A stretch of 64,000 nt of DNA from Gemmatimonadaceae bacterium (GCA_036278895.1 DASUKE010000035.1:15433-79432); one strand, 5' to 3'; counted from the stretch's first letter, positions 8,311 through 16,440 are shown. The notes: generated from the letters alone by a model not told the origin. Translations and numbers: made by a program.

Positions 8311-9236
8311 GCGGGACCACTCGACGCGATCAACACGCCCTTGTCTTCGTTCCGCGAAGCGGCCCGGGTGAGGATCCGGACGATCTCCGCCACCACGCGT
8401 CGCTGGGCGGCCTCGCTGAAAAGCTCGAAGCGAGGACGGGTCTCGATATCCACGACGGCATCCTCGTCCGGCGCGGGGGCGAGCGCAAGTTGCACGAAGT
8501 CGAGGCCCGCGGCCACGGCGAAGCGACGCAGGGCGGGCTCGAGGCGCGCCGTCTCGGGAGGCGGGTCGTCCTCCCAGACCACGGTGTCGCCCACGACATA
8601 CGCGGTCCGCACGGCTCCGTGTGGATACGACAGGCACACCGGCGCATGAAGCTGCAGCGCGGCGAGTCCCTTCCACTCCTCCTCGGTCGTCACCGCATAG
8701 CGCTGCTCGCTGGTGAGCGGCCCGTAGATGGCGCCCGCCATTCCGTTCGACGCGACGCGCCCGCCAAAATCGCGCGCTTCGTCCGGGTCGTTCGTCACGA
8801 GCGTTTCGGGAGTCGGAAGCCCGCACCGCCTCAGGAGGGGATACCACACCGGAAGCGGCGGGCGAGGGCGATACCATATCGCCGGGGGCTGACGACCGAC
8901 CACAGGGCAATGCAGGCTCCACAACCAGGCCAGCAGCGCCGCCTGCGTTTCGCCCTGCGCGTAGATCAGGTCATCGGGCCGCCAACCCGCGGGATCCAGC
9001 CAACCCGCGGCGCGCACGAGCACACCCGAGATCTCCTCACTTTCCACTGGAGGATCGTCGCCCGGGAAGAACCGGCTGGCCGACCGCTCATTATCCAGCC
9101 GCCACGCGAAGCGCGACGCGTCGATCAGCGGATTGGAAAGGATTCGGGCAGCACAACCCTCGGCCTCGAGCGCCGTGAGAACGCCCTGGCAGCAAGGGTC
9201 CCACCGATCTCCAAGGAGCAGATACACCGCCGCCAC
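8307..9236 (-). CDS. ATP-grasp-fold paralogue, apparently degenerate (about 306-309 aa)
   Basis: GTG start at 9236 (VAAVYLLLGDRWDPCC) or 9227 (GGGAG lies 7 nt upstream); the track ORF 8307..9722 is over-extended. It shares LPTPETLVTNDPDEARDF with the neighbour. However, it has IYGPLTS where the neighbour has IYKSLSG, and IETRPRF where the neighbour has FEVNPCPGF. Confidence 0.7.
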   Translation of the reverse strand: MAAVYLLLGDRWDPCCQGVLTALEAEGCAARILSNPLIDASRFAWRLDNERSASRFFPGDDPPVESEEISGVLVRAAGWLDPAGWRPDDLIYAQGETQAALLAWLWSLHCPVVGRQPPAIWYRPRPPLPVWYPLLRRCGLPTPETLVTNDPDEARDFGGRVASNGMAGAIYGPLTSEQRYAVTTEEEWKGLAALQLHAPVCLSYPHGAVRTAYVVGDTVVWEDDPPPETARLEPALRRFAVAAGLDFVQLALAPAPDEDAVVDIETRPRFELFSEAAQRRVVAEIVRILTRAASRNEDKGVLIASSGPA

Positions 9237-9375
9237 TCCCTTCGCGCGAATCGAGCCGCCACTCCGGACGCCAGGTCGTCGCTCACCGCCATACGCGCGG
9301 CACGGGTCGAAAATGTCCCGATTGCCTTCCGGAGGCCACGACGATAATAAGGGCTGTGCGGAAAGTCGAGGATTT

Positions 9376-9570
9376 TTTCTTTGGACGTTGGACAACGGTG
9401 GTGGTGCGACCGAATCCGCGCCGGAGCAAGAGGTGGACAAAGTTTTGAGGTTGGAGCACGCGGAGATCGGGGAGCCAACGCGCCGCCGCGCCGAACAAGA
9501 AGCAACCGGGCCGTGGAATCCGATGCTGCGGGATCTCTCGCCCCTCGTCCAGAAGAGGTTGGACAAACGG
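9376..9570. promoter_or_regulatory. Repeated GGT(T)GGACAA(A) motif in the divergent intergenic region upstream of the ATP-grasp operon
   Basis: Copies: TTGGACGTTGGACAAC at 9381-9396, AAGAGGTGGACAAAG at 9428-9442, GAGGTTGGAGCAC at 9448-9460, AAGAGGTTGGACAAACGG at 9553-9570. No binding protein can be assigned. Confidence 0.35.
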
Positions 9571-9632
9571 CGGAAAGGCTTATCAGGCTGGCGATTGACA
9601 TCCTTCGCAAGTAACGATGGAGCTAAGACTCG

Positions 9633-10148
9633 ATGAACGCTCTTCTCGCCGGCGCCATCGCAATAACCATGGTTGCTGCAGCAATTGCTGCGCTGTACTA
9701 CGGTGCATTGCCCGCCCGGCATGGGAATCTCAGCGCAAACCGACTGAATGCATTAGTCACTACCTTGCTGAACCAAGGGTTTAATGGCGGCATATTGAGA
9801 ATTGAAGGGAGAGGCGTGGACGTCTTTCTTCAGGTCTTGAAGTACGTTGGCAAGGCGCGAAGCGGCATCGAGTTGGATTTCCCATTGGCTCCCTGGTCGG
9901 AAGTGTACTATCCTCGCGCGCGATCGGTTCTCGCAGCTAACAACATCAAGTTCGAAGAAGAGAGCACCGGGCGAAAGGACACCAGGAGTTTCGTGACTGT
10001 TGATTTCGGAACCGACGTATCACTCGCTGTGAAGGTGCTGCAGCTTCTTGCCGCTGATGTCTTTGACCTGGACATGGAGCATGAAATGGTCGCACACCTT
10101 CAGGGCAACATTTCGAGAAATCCAGGGGACCGAATCGGGCTCAGCTAG
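9633..10148 (+). CDS. Hypothetical membrane-anchored protein (171 aa)
   Basis: Track ORF. ATG 9633 has GGAG about 10 nt upstream. The N-terminus is hydrophobic (LLAGAIAITMVAAAIAALYYGAL). No family recognised. Confidence 0.6.
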   Translation: MNALLAGAIAITMVAAAIAALYYGALPARHGNLSANRLNALVTTLLNQGFNGGILRIEGRGVDVFLQVLKYVGKARSGIELDFPLAPWSEVYYPRARSVLAANNIKFEEESTGRKDTRSFVTVDFGTDVSLAVKVLQLLAADVFDLDMEHEMVAHLQGNISRNPGDRIGLS

Positions 10149-10285
10149 CCTTTCGCGCGTCAGTCGCGAAATGGAGCGTGAAGCCTGTCCGTGGTTTCTG
10201 TCTTGTCGCTCTGCTCCGGTGCTCGTGGATGTACCTCGATCGCGCCGTAGTGCCGCTAACAAGGTGATCACGCTGCGATGCCGAC

Positions 10286-10732
10286 ATGAGATTTCGACTC
10301 GTCGTGAGCAGGTTTCTGCCGTGCTACATTGCCGGGGTTGTGCTTCTCGCCGCTGGCGCGTGCCATTCAGCCCGGCCGGCGGGTGCACCAGCACTCGCTG
10401 ACGACGCTCACTCGACCTTCGATCTCACCGGCGTCGTCTACGACGAGACGAGCGGTCGCCCGCTTGCCGGCGTCCTCGTGGTGCTCGAAGCAGACCCGCC
10501 GCGCCAATCCACCACCAATGATCGCGGGATCTACGTGATCACTGATGCGCCGCGTGGCGAGTATGCAGTCTCTGCTCGGCGCATCGGATTTTTCATCGAA
10601 CGTCGTGAGGTCGACGCAACCTGTCCAATCACGCTCGTGGACTCAGCCGGTCGCCGCATCGCCGGTGGCGGGCCGTGCGAGCCGAAGCATCAGCGATTGA
10701 ACTTTCTGATGAGACAACACAGCGTTCGATAA
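10286..10732 (+). CDS. Lipoprotein with carboxypeptidase-regulatory-like (CarboxypepD_reg) domain
   Basis: Signal peptide and lipobox (VLLAAGAC). LTGVVYDETSGRPLAGVLVVLE...TTNDRGIYVITDAPRGEYAVSARRIGF is the typical beta-sandwich pattern. Confidence 0.7.
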   Translation: MRFRLVVSRFLPCYIAGVVLLAAGACHSARPAGAPALADDAHSTFDLTGVVYDETSGRPLAGVLVVLEADPPRQSTTNDRGIYVITDAPRGEYAVSARRIGFFIERREVDATCPITLVDSAGRRIAGGGPCEPKHQRLNFLMRQHSVR

Positions 10733-10758
10733 CGTCCATACCTGCACACACCTCCGCC

Positions 10759-11289
10759 ATGCAAGGAACGCTACGGTTCCAGATCGATCCCAAGCCGGAC
10801 GAAACCGCACGGGCGTGCTCCGCGATGGCGCAGCTTGCGATGCCGCCAAGCCGCGGTGGCCTTCTCATGCTCGCGCTCTACGCCGCCGTCGGCGTGCTAG
10901 CCTATTTTCTGACGCCGTCGAGTCGCCTCGCAACGTTCGCGATCGGTGTCGCCGCAGTTCTGGCAACGGCCTACAGCCTGCAAGCGGAAGGTCGGCGCCG
11001 CCTTCGGCGCCTTCGCGTCGCGGATCCGCACGCGAATGAATCGCACTTCGTGGAGCTTGGCCCTGAGGGCGTGCACACGTGGTGCGCACACATCGACATG
11101 CGCTATCCGTGGTCAGACTTCTCGATGGCGACGGAGGATCGTGAGTTCTATCTCTTTATTCGACCATCCGGCACCGGATCAGCGGTCCCGAAGCGCTTGC
11201 TCGATAACGCCGCTGATGAGGTCCTGCGCACACGCATCCGTGAGTGGTCTCCCGAACTTGGCGCTGCGCTGGTAGGGAATCCGAGCTGA
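10759..11289 (+). CDS. YcxB-like membrane protein (176 aa)
   Basis: ATG 10759 is in frame with track ORF 10675..11289. Two TM helices are followed by ...YPWSDFSMATEDREFYLFIRPSGTGSAVPKRLL, which resembles the YcxB-like domain. Confidence 0.6.
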   Translation: MQGTLRFQIDPKPDETARACSAMAQLAMPPSRGGLLMLALYAAVGVLAYFLTPSSRLATFAIGVAAVLATAYSLQAEGRRRLRRLRVADPHANESHFVELGPEGVHTWCAHIDMRYPWSDFSMATEDREFYLFIRPSGTGSAVPKRLLDNAADEVLRTRIREWSPELGAALVGNPS

Positions 11290-11329
11290 GGCCCGATCGT
11301 GAGCCGCTAGTCCTGCTCCTGGCGAACGC

Positions 11330-11734
11330 ATGGAAGCTCTCGTCGCTGCACTCAAACGCATGGGCAAGTTCGCCGGAGCGGGCGCGGCCCTGGCCACGCT
11401 GTGTGTCGCTGTTGGAGCGCTGCGGACCATCGCGCTGCTCCTGAGTGGCCGGCACCTTACTCCACTCGAGGCCGACGACGCCCGCGCTCTCGCGATCTAT
11501 GTGGGCAGCTTCATCGCCGCCGGCGCGCTCTTCGGGCTGCTCCGTCCCATCCTGAAGGGGCGCGTAGGCATCATCGTCGGCTGTATGCTGGCGGGCATCG
11601 TGGTGATGCTGGGTGTCGGCTTTGCGGAAGCTGGTGGGGTTCGCGCGCTCGATGGCGCGTTATGGGTGATTCTGCCGGTGTTCGGCATGGTCTTCGGCGC
11701 CGCGCTCGCATACGGATTTCTCAGGATGTCTTGA
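11330..11734 (+). CDS. Hypothetical integral membrane protein (134 aa)
   Basis: Track ORF with 3-4 hydrophobic helices (ALATLCVAVGAL, IYVGSFIAAGALFGLL, IIVGCMLAGIVVMLGVGF, VILPVFGMVFGAALAYGF). Confidence 0.65.
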   Translation: MEALVAALKRMGKFAGAGAALATLCVAVGALRTIALLLSGRHLTPLEADDARALAIYVGSFIAAGALFGLLRPILKGRVGIIVGCMLAGIVVMLGVGFAEAGGVRALDGALWVILPVFGMVFGAALAYGFLRMS

Positions 11735-11806
11735 CCAGCGCGCCGGTGGCTCGACGCGATGGCTGCATGTGACACAGGAGCCGCGGACCAGCGTCGCGTT
11801 CAGCGA

Positions 11807-12283
11807 TCACCCTCCACCGCCCGGCAGCTCCCGCACCTCATCACTCCCACGTCCGACCATCCTTGCCTCTCCACCGCCGCCCGGCAATTCTCCCGCATTT
11901 GCCCTCCGCGCGAGCGCGAGCGTACCAGTGGCGGAGATCGCGCCGGCAATCGCGAGCACGGGGCCCACCACCAGGAACTGCACGTCTGGCGCTGCGAGCA
12001 CCGCGAACGCCCCGGCGAGCAATGCACCGCCCAGCGCTCCCCATCCAGCAAATCGCGGAAACGACATCTGATCGAACCGTCGTTTGCGTCCGAGCACCCC
12101 CAGCACGCCCGAGAACACGGCACCCGCGAGAAAGCCGAGAAGGCCAAAGAAGAGCGGGAACGGGACGTCGGCGGCGTGGAGGCCCACGATAGCCAGGAGG
12201 ATCAGCCCTGCGCCGAGCCACGCCGCGGCCCAGATCAGCCCCATTCCGATTGCGGCGCGAATGCGCCTCAGCCACTTCTTCAC
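11807..12283 (-). CDS. Hypothetical integral membrane protein (158 aa)
   Basis: Track ORF reading MKKWLRRIRAAIGMGLIWAAAWLGAGLILLAIVGL..., with several TM helices. Overlapping plus-strand ORFs are shadows. Confidence 0.65.
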   Translation of the reverse strand: MKKWLRRIRAAIGMGLIWAAAWLGAGLILLAIVGLHAADVPFPLFFGLLGFLAGAVFSGVLGVLGRKRRFDQMSFPRFAGWGALGGALLAGAFAVLAAPDVQFLVVGPVLAIAGAISATGTLALARRANAGELPGGGGEARMVGRGSDEVRELPGGGG

Positions 12284-12343
12284 TGCGACCTCCAGGGTGC
12301 GCGTCCGTTTGACCGTCGCCCGTGGTTCCGGTCAGGAGTAGTA

Positions 12344-12360
12344 ACTTTGTATTACAAAGT
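12344..12360. promoter_or_regulatory. Perfect 17-bp palindrome ACTTTGTA-T-TACAAAGT (operator-like) in a divergent promoter region
   Basis: Read directly from the sequence. It forms an AT-rich island between the membrane-protein gene start (12283, minus) and the next plus-strand gene (12530). Confidence 0.5.
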
Positions 12361-12529
12361 ACACTGCCAATGCGACCTGTTTCAAGAGGACGGGCGCATC
12401 ACACGTGCCATCAGCTCGCGCTTTCACATTGCGCCGACTTCGCACGGCGCGCTTATTGGACCTACCAGCACCCGGCCGCGTCGTCAGCTCACCACACCCA
12501 ATCCGGCCTGGAAGGCTTCATTCCACATC

Positions 12530-13075
12530 ATGTCCCGCGACGCTCTGGAGCAACTCCTCATCGAATTCCCGGCCTCGGATCACGGGATCGAAGTGCTTCG
12601 CGCTGAATCGGTCGACGGGGACGGCTATCGGATCCTGAGTGTTCCGGTCTTCCTCTACGCGCTGTCGCGAGGCGCGCTCGTGGACGCCGAGCCGGGACCG
12701 CGCGGCCGCCTGCGATTTCAGCGTATGCGCCGGCCCTCGCCCGGGGCGACGATCCGCTGTTATGCGAGTGTGCCGACCACCCCGCGGCACGTCTACGAGG
12801 ATTACCTCGATGGCGCGCTTGCCCGGCGGCTCGGCCTTGGTCCCGTTTCGCTCCTTGATCCCGACATCGTCGCCGTGCATCTCGCCGACCGCGCCCGGCT
12901 CACCGAGGTGGCGGTCTTCCTCGATCAGTTGGTACTCACGGGCGTGCTCCGCTTCTGGGAGCAGGGCGACCCCGGCGCGCCGCTCGACGGAGCGAAGAAG
13001 AAGAACAGAGAACAGCCTTGGGAGCTCGTCCATCCGCCGGCCTTGGAGACATCACGCTCCGAGCGATCGGGATGA
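12530..13075 (+). CDS. Hypothetical protein, DUF4265-like (181 aa)
   Basis: ATG 12530 is in frame with the over-extended track ORF 11759..13075. VLRAESVDGDGYRILSVPVFLYALSRGALVDAEP resembles the DUF4265 N-terminal pattern, assigned from memory. Confidence 0.55.
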   Translation: MSRDALEQLLIEFPASDHGIEVLRAESVDGDGYRILSVPVFLYALSRGALVDAEPGPRGRLRFQRMRRPSPGATIRCYASVPTTPRHVYEDYLDGALARRLGLGPVSLLDPDIVAVHLADRARLTEVAVFLDQLVLTGVLRFWEQGDPGAPLDGAKKKNREQPWELVHPPALETSRSERSG

Positions 13076-13135
13076 CGCTGGACGAATAACACCCTCCCCC
13101 TTATCTTGGCGGCCTCTTCATTCCCTCGGTGCCGT

Positions 13136-13420
13136 ATGCGTCGCTGCGTTCCCGTTATGGCAGCTCTGCTAGTCTCGTCCGCGTGCTTTCACGCCACCGT
13201 CGAGACCGGGCTCGCGCCCTCCCCACAGACCGTCGAGAAGCCCTGGGCCTCAGGTTGGATTTACGGATTGGTGCCGCCAAGCACGGTCGAGACGCAGCAA
13301 AAGTGTCCGAAGGGCGTGTCGAAGGTCGAGACAAAGCTTTCCTTTCCCAACATGTTGGTGAGCTTCCTGACGTTGTCCATCTATACGCCAATGGACATCA
13401 AGGTGACCTGCGCGCAGTAG
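13136..13420 (+). CDS. bor: Bor/Iss-family outer-membrane lipoprotein (94 aa)
   Basis: MRRCVPVMAALLVSSAC lipobox. The C-terminus KCPKGVSKVETKLSFPNMLVSFLTLSIYTPMDIKVTCAQ parallels lambda Bor ...GFITLGIYTPLEARVYCSQ. Confidence 0.75.
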   Translation: MRRCVPVMAALLVSSACFHATVETGLAPSPQTVEKPWASGWIYGLVPPSTVETQQKCPKGVSKVETKLSFPNMLVSFLTLSIYTPMDIKVTCAQ

Positions 13421-13439
13421 CTGGCCACGGCAGTGCGCA

Positions 13440-15095
13440 GTGAAGCCCATACTGATCGCCGTCGATGACAATCCGGCTCGCCTCGATTCCATTCGTCGCG
13501 AACTCTCCAAGCGCTACGGCGACGACTACGCCATCGAGTGCCACTCCTCTCCCGCGGAGTCCCTGGCTCGGCTGCACGACCTGAGGTCCGCCGGCGCAGA
13601 CGTCGTTGCGCTGCTCGCCGCCACGAGCATGACCGCAATGCCGGGCCTCGATTTCCTGGAACGCGCACACGACGTCTCTCCCCGCGCGGAGCGCGTGCTG
13701 CTGGTGCCGTCCGCCAACCGGTCCGAGCTGATCCCGGTGCTCAAGGCGGCGTCGCTCGGAAGACTGGACGACTTCGCGTCCCAGCCGCAGACGGCGCCCG
13801 ATGAGCGCTTCCACGGCGTGGTCGCCGCCGTGCTGCAGCGCTGGCAGCGGCGCCGCGGCGCGGGTCGCATCGTCACCGTCGTGGGCGATCGGCTCGACGC
13901 GCGGTCGTACCGCGTGCGCGATCTGCTGGAGCGCAGCGGGCTGCCGTTCGTCTTTCACGAGCGCGACTCAGAGCAGGGGCGTCAACTGCTCAGCGACGTG
14001 CACCGCCCCGATGGTCCGTTCCCGGTGCTCGTGCGCTTCGATGGACAGGTTCTCGCCGCGCCCTCCGACGAAGAAGCTGCCATCGCGCTCGGCGCCCGCC
14101 ACGCCGACGACAGCGGCACCTTCGACGTGCTGGTGGTCGGAGCGGGTCCGGCCGGTCTCTCCGCCGCGGTCTACGCGGCGTCCGAGGGACTGCGCACGAT
14201 CGTCGTCGATCGCGATACGATCGGCGGGCAGGCCGGGGCCAGCTCGCGCATCCGCAACTACCTCGGCTTTCCCCTCGGCGTGAGCGGCACGGAGCTGTGC
14301 AATCGCGCACTCGAGCAGGCGTGGTCCTTCGGCGCGCAGACCGCTGTGCTGCGCGAGGCGCTGGACCTGCGCCGGGATGGATCTTTATTTGTGCTCGATC
14401 TGTCGAACGAACGCCGCGTGGTGGGACGCTCCGTCGTGCTCGCGATGGGGGCGGACTACCGCCGTCTGGGCGTCCCCAGCCTCGATGGCCGCACCGGCGA
14501 GGGCGTGTACTACGGCGCGGGAATATCCGAGGCGACGGCCATGGAGGGACAGCGCGTGGCCGTCGTGGGCGCCGGCAATTCGGCCGGCCAGGCCGCTGTG
14601 CATCTCGCCAGGTACGCGAGCCGCGTCACGCTGATCGTGCGCGGCGATGCGCTGGCGCGTACGATGTCGGAGTATCTCATTCGCGAGCTCGAGGGCCTGG
14701 CCAACGTGGACATTCGGCTGCGTACGCACGTGGTGGACGGAGTCGGCGTGCACAGACTGGAAGCGCTGTTGATCGAAAACGCCGCCGGCGCGCGCGAAAC
14801 GCTGGACGCGGCCGCGCTCTTCGTGCTCATTGGCGCGGAGCCGCGCACCGCGTGGCTGCCGCCCTCCATTGAACGCGATGACCGGGGCTTCATTCTCACC
14901 AGCCACGCCGCGGCGCCCGAGTGGCCGGAGCGCGCCGCGCCGCGCGCGCCGTTCCTGTACGAGACGACCCTTGCGGGGGTGTTCGCCGTGGGCGACGTGC
15001 GCAGCGGTTCGGTGAAGCGGGTGGCGTCGGCGGTTGGCGAAGGCGGCGTGGTGGTCAGCTCGGTGCACCAGTATCTGGCCGGCGCACCACGTTGA
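13440..15095 (+). CDS. Fused receiver-like domain / thioredoxin-reductase-like FAD-dependent oxidoreductase
   Basis: N-terminal ILIAVDDNPARL... REC-like fold. FAD/NAD motifs: VLVVGAGPAGLSAAVYA, VAVVGAGNSAGQAA, GVFAVGDVR. Its 3' end overlaps the convergent multicopper oxidase gene by 41 nt. Confidence 0.85.
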   Translation: MKPILIAVDDNPARLDSIRRELSKRYGDDYAIECHSSPAESLARLHDLRSAGADVVALLAATSMTAMPGLDFLERAHDVSPRAERVLLVPSANRSELIPVLKAASLGRLDDFASQPQTAPDERFHGVVAAVLQRWQRRRGAGRIVTVVGDRLDARSYRVRDLLERSGLPFVFHERDSEQGRQLLSDVHRPDGPFPVLVRFDGQVLAAPSDEEAAIALGARHADDSGTFDVLVVGAGPAGLSAAVYAASEGLRTIVVDRDTIGGQAGASSRIRNYLGFPLGVSGTELCNRALEQAWSFGAQTAVLREALDLRRDGSLFVLDLSNERRVVGRSVVLAMGADYRRLGVPSLDGRTGEGVYYGAGISEATAMEGQRVAVVGAGNSAGQAAVHLARYASRVTLIVRGDALARTMSEYLIRELEGLANVDIRLRTHVVDGVGVHRLEALLIENAAGARETLDAAALFVLIGAEPRTAWLPPSIERDDRGFILTSHAAAPEWPERAAPRAPFLYETTLAGVFAVGDVRSGSVKRVASAVGEGGVVVSSVHQYLAGAPR

Positions 15096-16440
15096 AGTGC
15101 GCCATCATTCCCGCCGCGTGATGCTCCAGGATGTGGCAGTGATACATCCACTCGCCCGGCCGGTCATCCGGCATCCAGGCGATGCGCACGCGCCCGAACG
15201 CCGGCACGTTCACCGTGTCTTCCCACGAGAGATATCCGGGCGGCTTGCCGTTCACCTCGAGCACCTGGAAGAAAAACCCGTGCAGGTGGAAGGGATGGTG
15301 CACCGGTGACCGGTTGAGCACATCCCAGATCTGCAACTCCCCCACGGGCACCGGATCGGCGTGGTGGTGCTGCTCGCGGTTGATGTTGAACTCCACGCCA
15401 TGCTTGAGTCCCAGGCTGAAGCCGAGTCGCACCTCGCGGTTCGGAGTCGCGGGCCCCGTCACCAGCGGCACGATCTCGCGCAGCCGCTCCGGGAGTCGCG
15501 CCGTGGAGGGCGCGGCGGCTCCCACGTGCACCGTGGCGAACAGTTCCGGCTTCCTGTGTCCCTTGAACGATCCCCGGTTGAACGGCAGCGTCTCGACGCG
15601 AAGCGTTTCGCCTTCGGCGAACGGGCCGACAACGATCTCGGCGCGATTCGCGGCGGGGATGAGCACTTCAGTGGCGCTGACCGGCGCGGGAATCAGCCCG
15701 CCGCCGCTGCCGATGATCCGGAACGGCCGGCCGCCCACCGAGAACAGCACGTAGCGCGCGCTCGCGGCGTTCACGATGCGCCAGCGCTCCGTCTGCCCCG
15801 CCGCCATGTGGATGTCGGGTTCCCGTTTGCCGTTCACCAGGCGCGTGCTCCCCTCGCGGCCGTCGTGCGATTCGAGCCACTTGCCCGGCGGCTTGATCCG
15901 GCCGTCCTTCTCCAGCTCCACGTCGTCCAGCACCAGCGTCCGATCGGCATCGAACACCGGCTCGTCGGCCGCGCGGACGATCAATGCGCCGTAGAGCCCG
16001 CGCTCCAGTTGCACCGTCTCGTTGAAGTGCGAGTGGTACCAGAAGGTGCCCGCGTCCGGCACGCGAAAGCGGTACGTGAAGGTCTCGCCCGGATCCACCG
16101 GGTGCTGGACCATCTGCGTGCCGTCCATGGCCGCCGGAATCCGGAGCCCGTGCCAGTGCACCACCGTGGGTTCGGGTAGGCGGTTGGTGAGGCGAATCTC
16201 GAGCACGTCGCCCACCGTGGCTTCAATGGTGGGACCCGGCACCGTTCCGTTGAAGCCCCACGCGCGCGTGCGCACGCCCGGCACGAACTCCCAGTCGAAC
16301 TCGCCGGCTTCCAGCGCGACGGCCACAACCCGGCTCCCGGGATCGGGCTGCGCCGCGGCGCACGCCTCGGCGTAGGCGGTGGCGCGCTCCTCATTAGTTG
16401 AGGAGGCGGCGTGGGCGTGGTGGTCGTGGTGACCGGTCAT
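15055..16440 (-). CDS. Multicopper oxidase (laccase/CueO-like)
   Basis: Copper-binding motifs HWHGL, WYHSHF, HPFHLHG, MYHCHILEHHAAGMM. Confidence 0.9.
   Translation of the reverse strand: MTGHHDHHAHAASSTNEERATAYAEACAAAQPDPGSRVVAVALEAGEFDWEFVPGVRTRAWGFNGTVPGPTIEATVGDVLEIRLTNRLPEPTVVHWHGLRIPAAMDGTQMVQHPVDPGETFTYRFRVPDAGTFWYHSHFNETVQLERGLYGALIVRAADEPVFDADRTLVLDDVELEKDGRIKPPGKWLESHDGREGSTRLVNGKREPDIHMAAGQTERWRIVNAASARYVLFSVGGRPFRIIGSGGGLIPAPVSATEVLIPAANRAEIVVGPFAEGETLRVETLPFNRGSFKGHRKPELFATVHVGAAAPSTARLPERLREIVPLVTGPATPNREVRLGFSLGLKHGVEFNINREQHHHADPVPVGELQIWDVLNRSPVHHPFHLHGFFFQVLEVNGKPPGYLSWEDTVNVPAFGRVRIAWMPDDRPGEWMYHCHILEHHAAGMMAHFNVVRRPDTGAPS

Noticed and set aside
9595-9623. TTGACA hexamer at 9595-9600 as the -35 element of a promoter for the gene at 9633.
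   Set aside because: No acceptable -10 hexamer lies at 16-18 nt spacing (TGGAGC at 17 nt). The only TA-rich hexamer (TAACGA) is 11 nt away.
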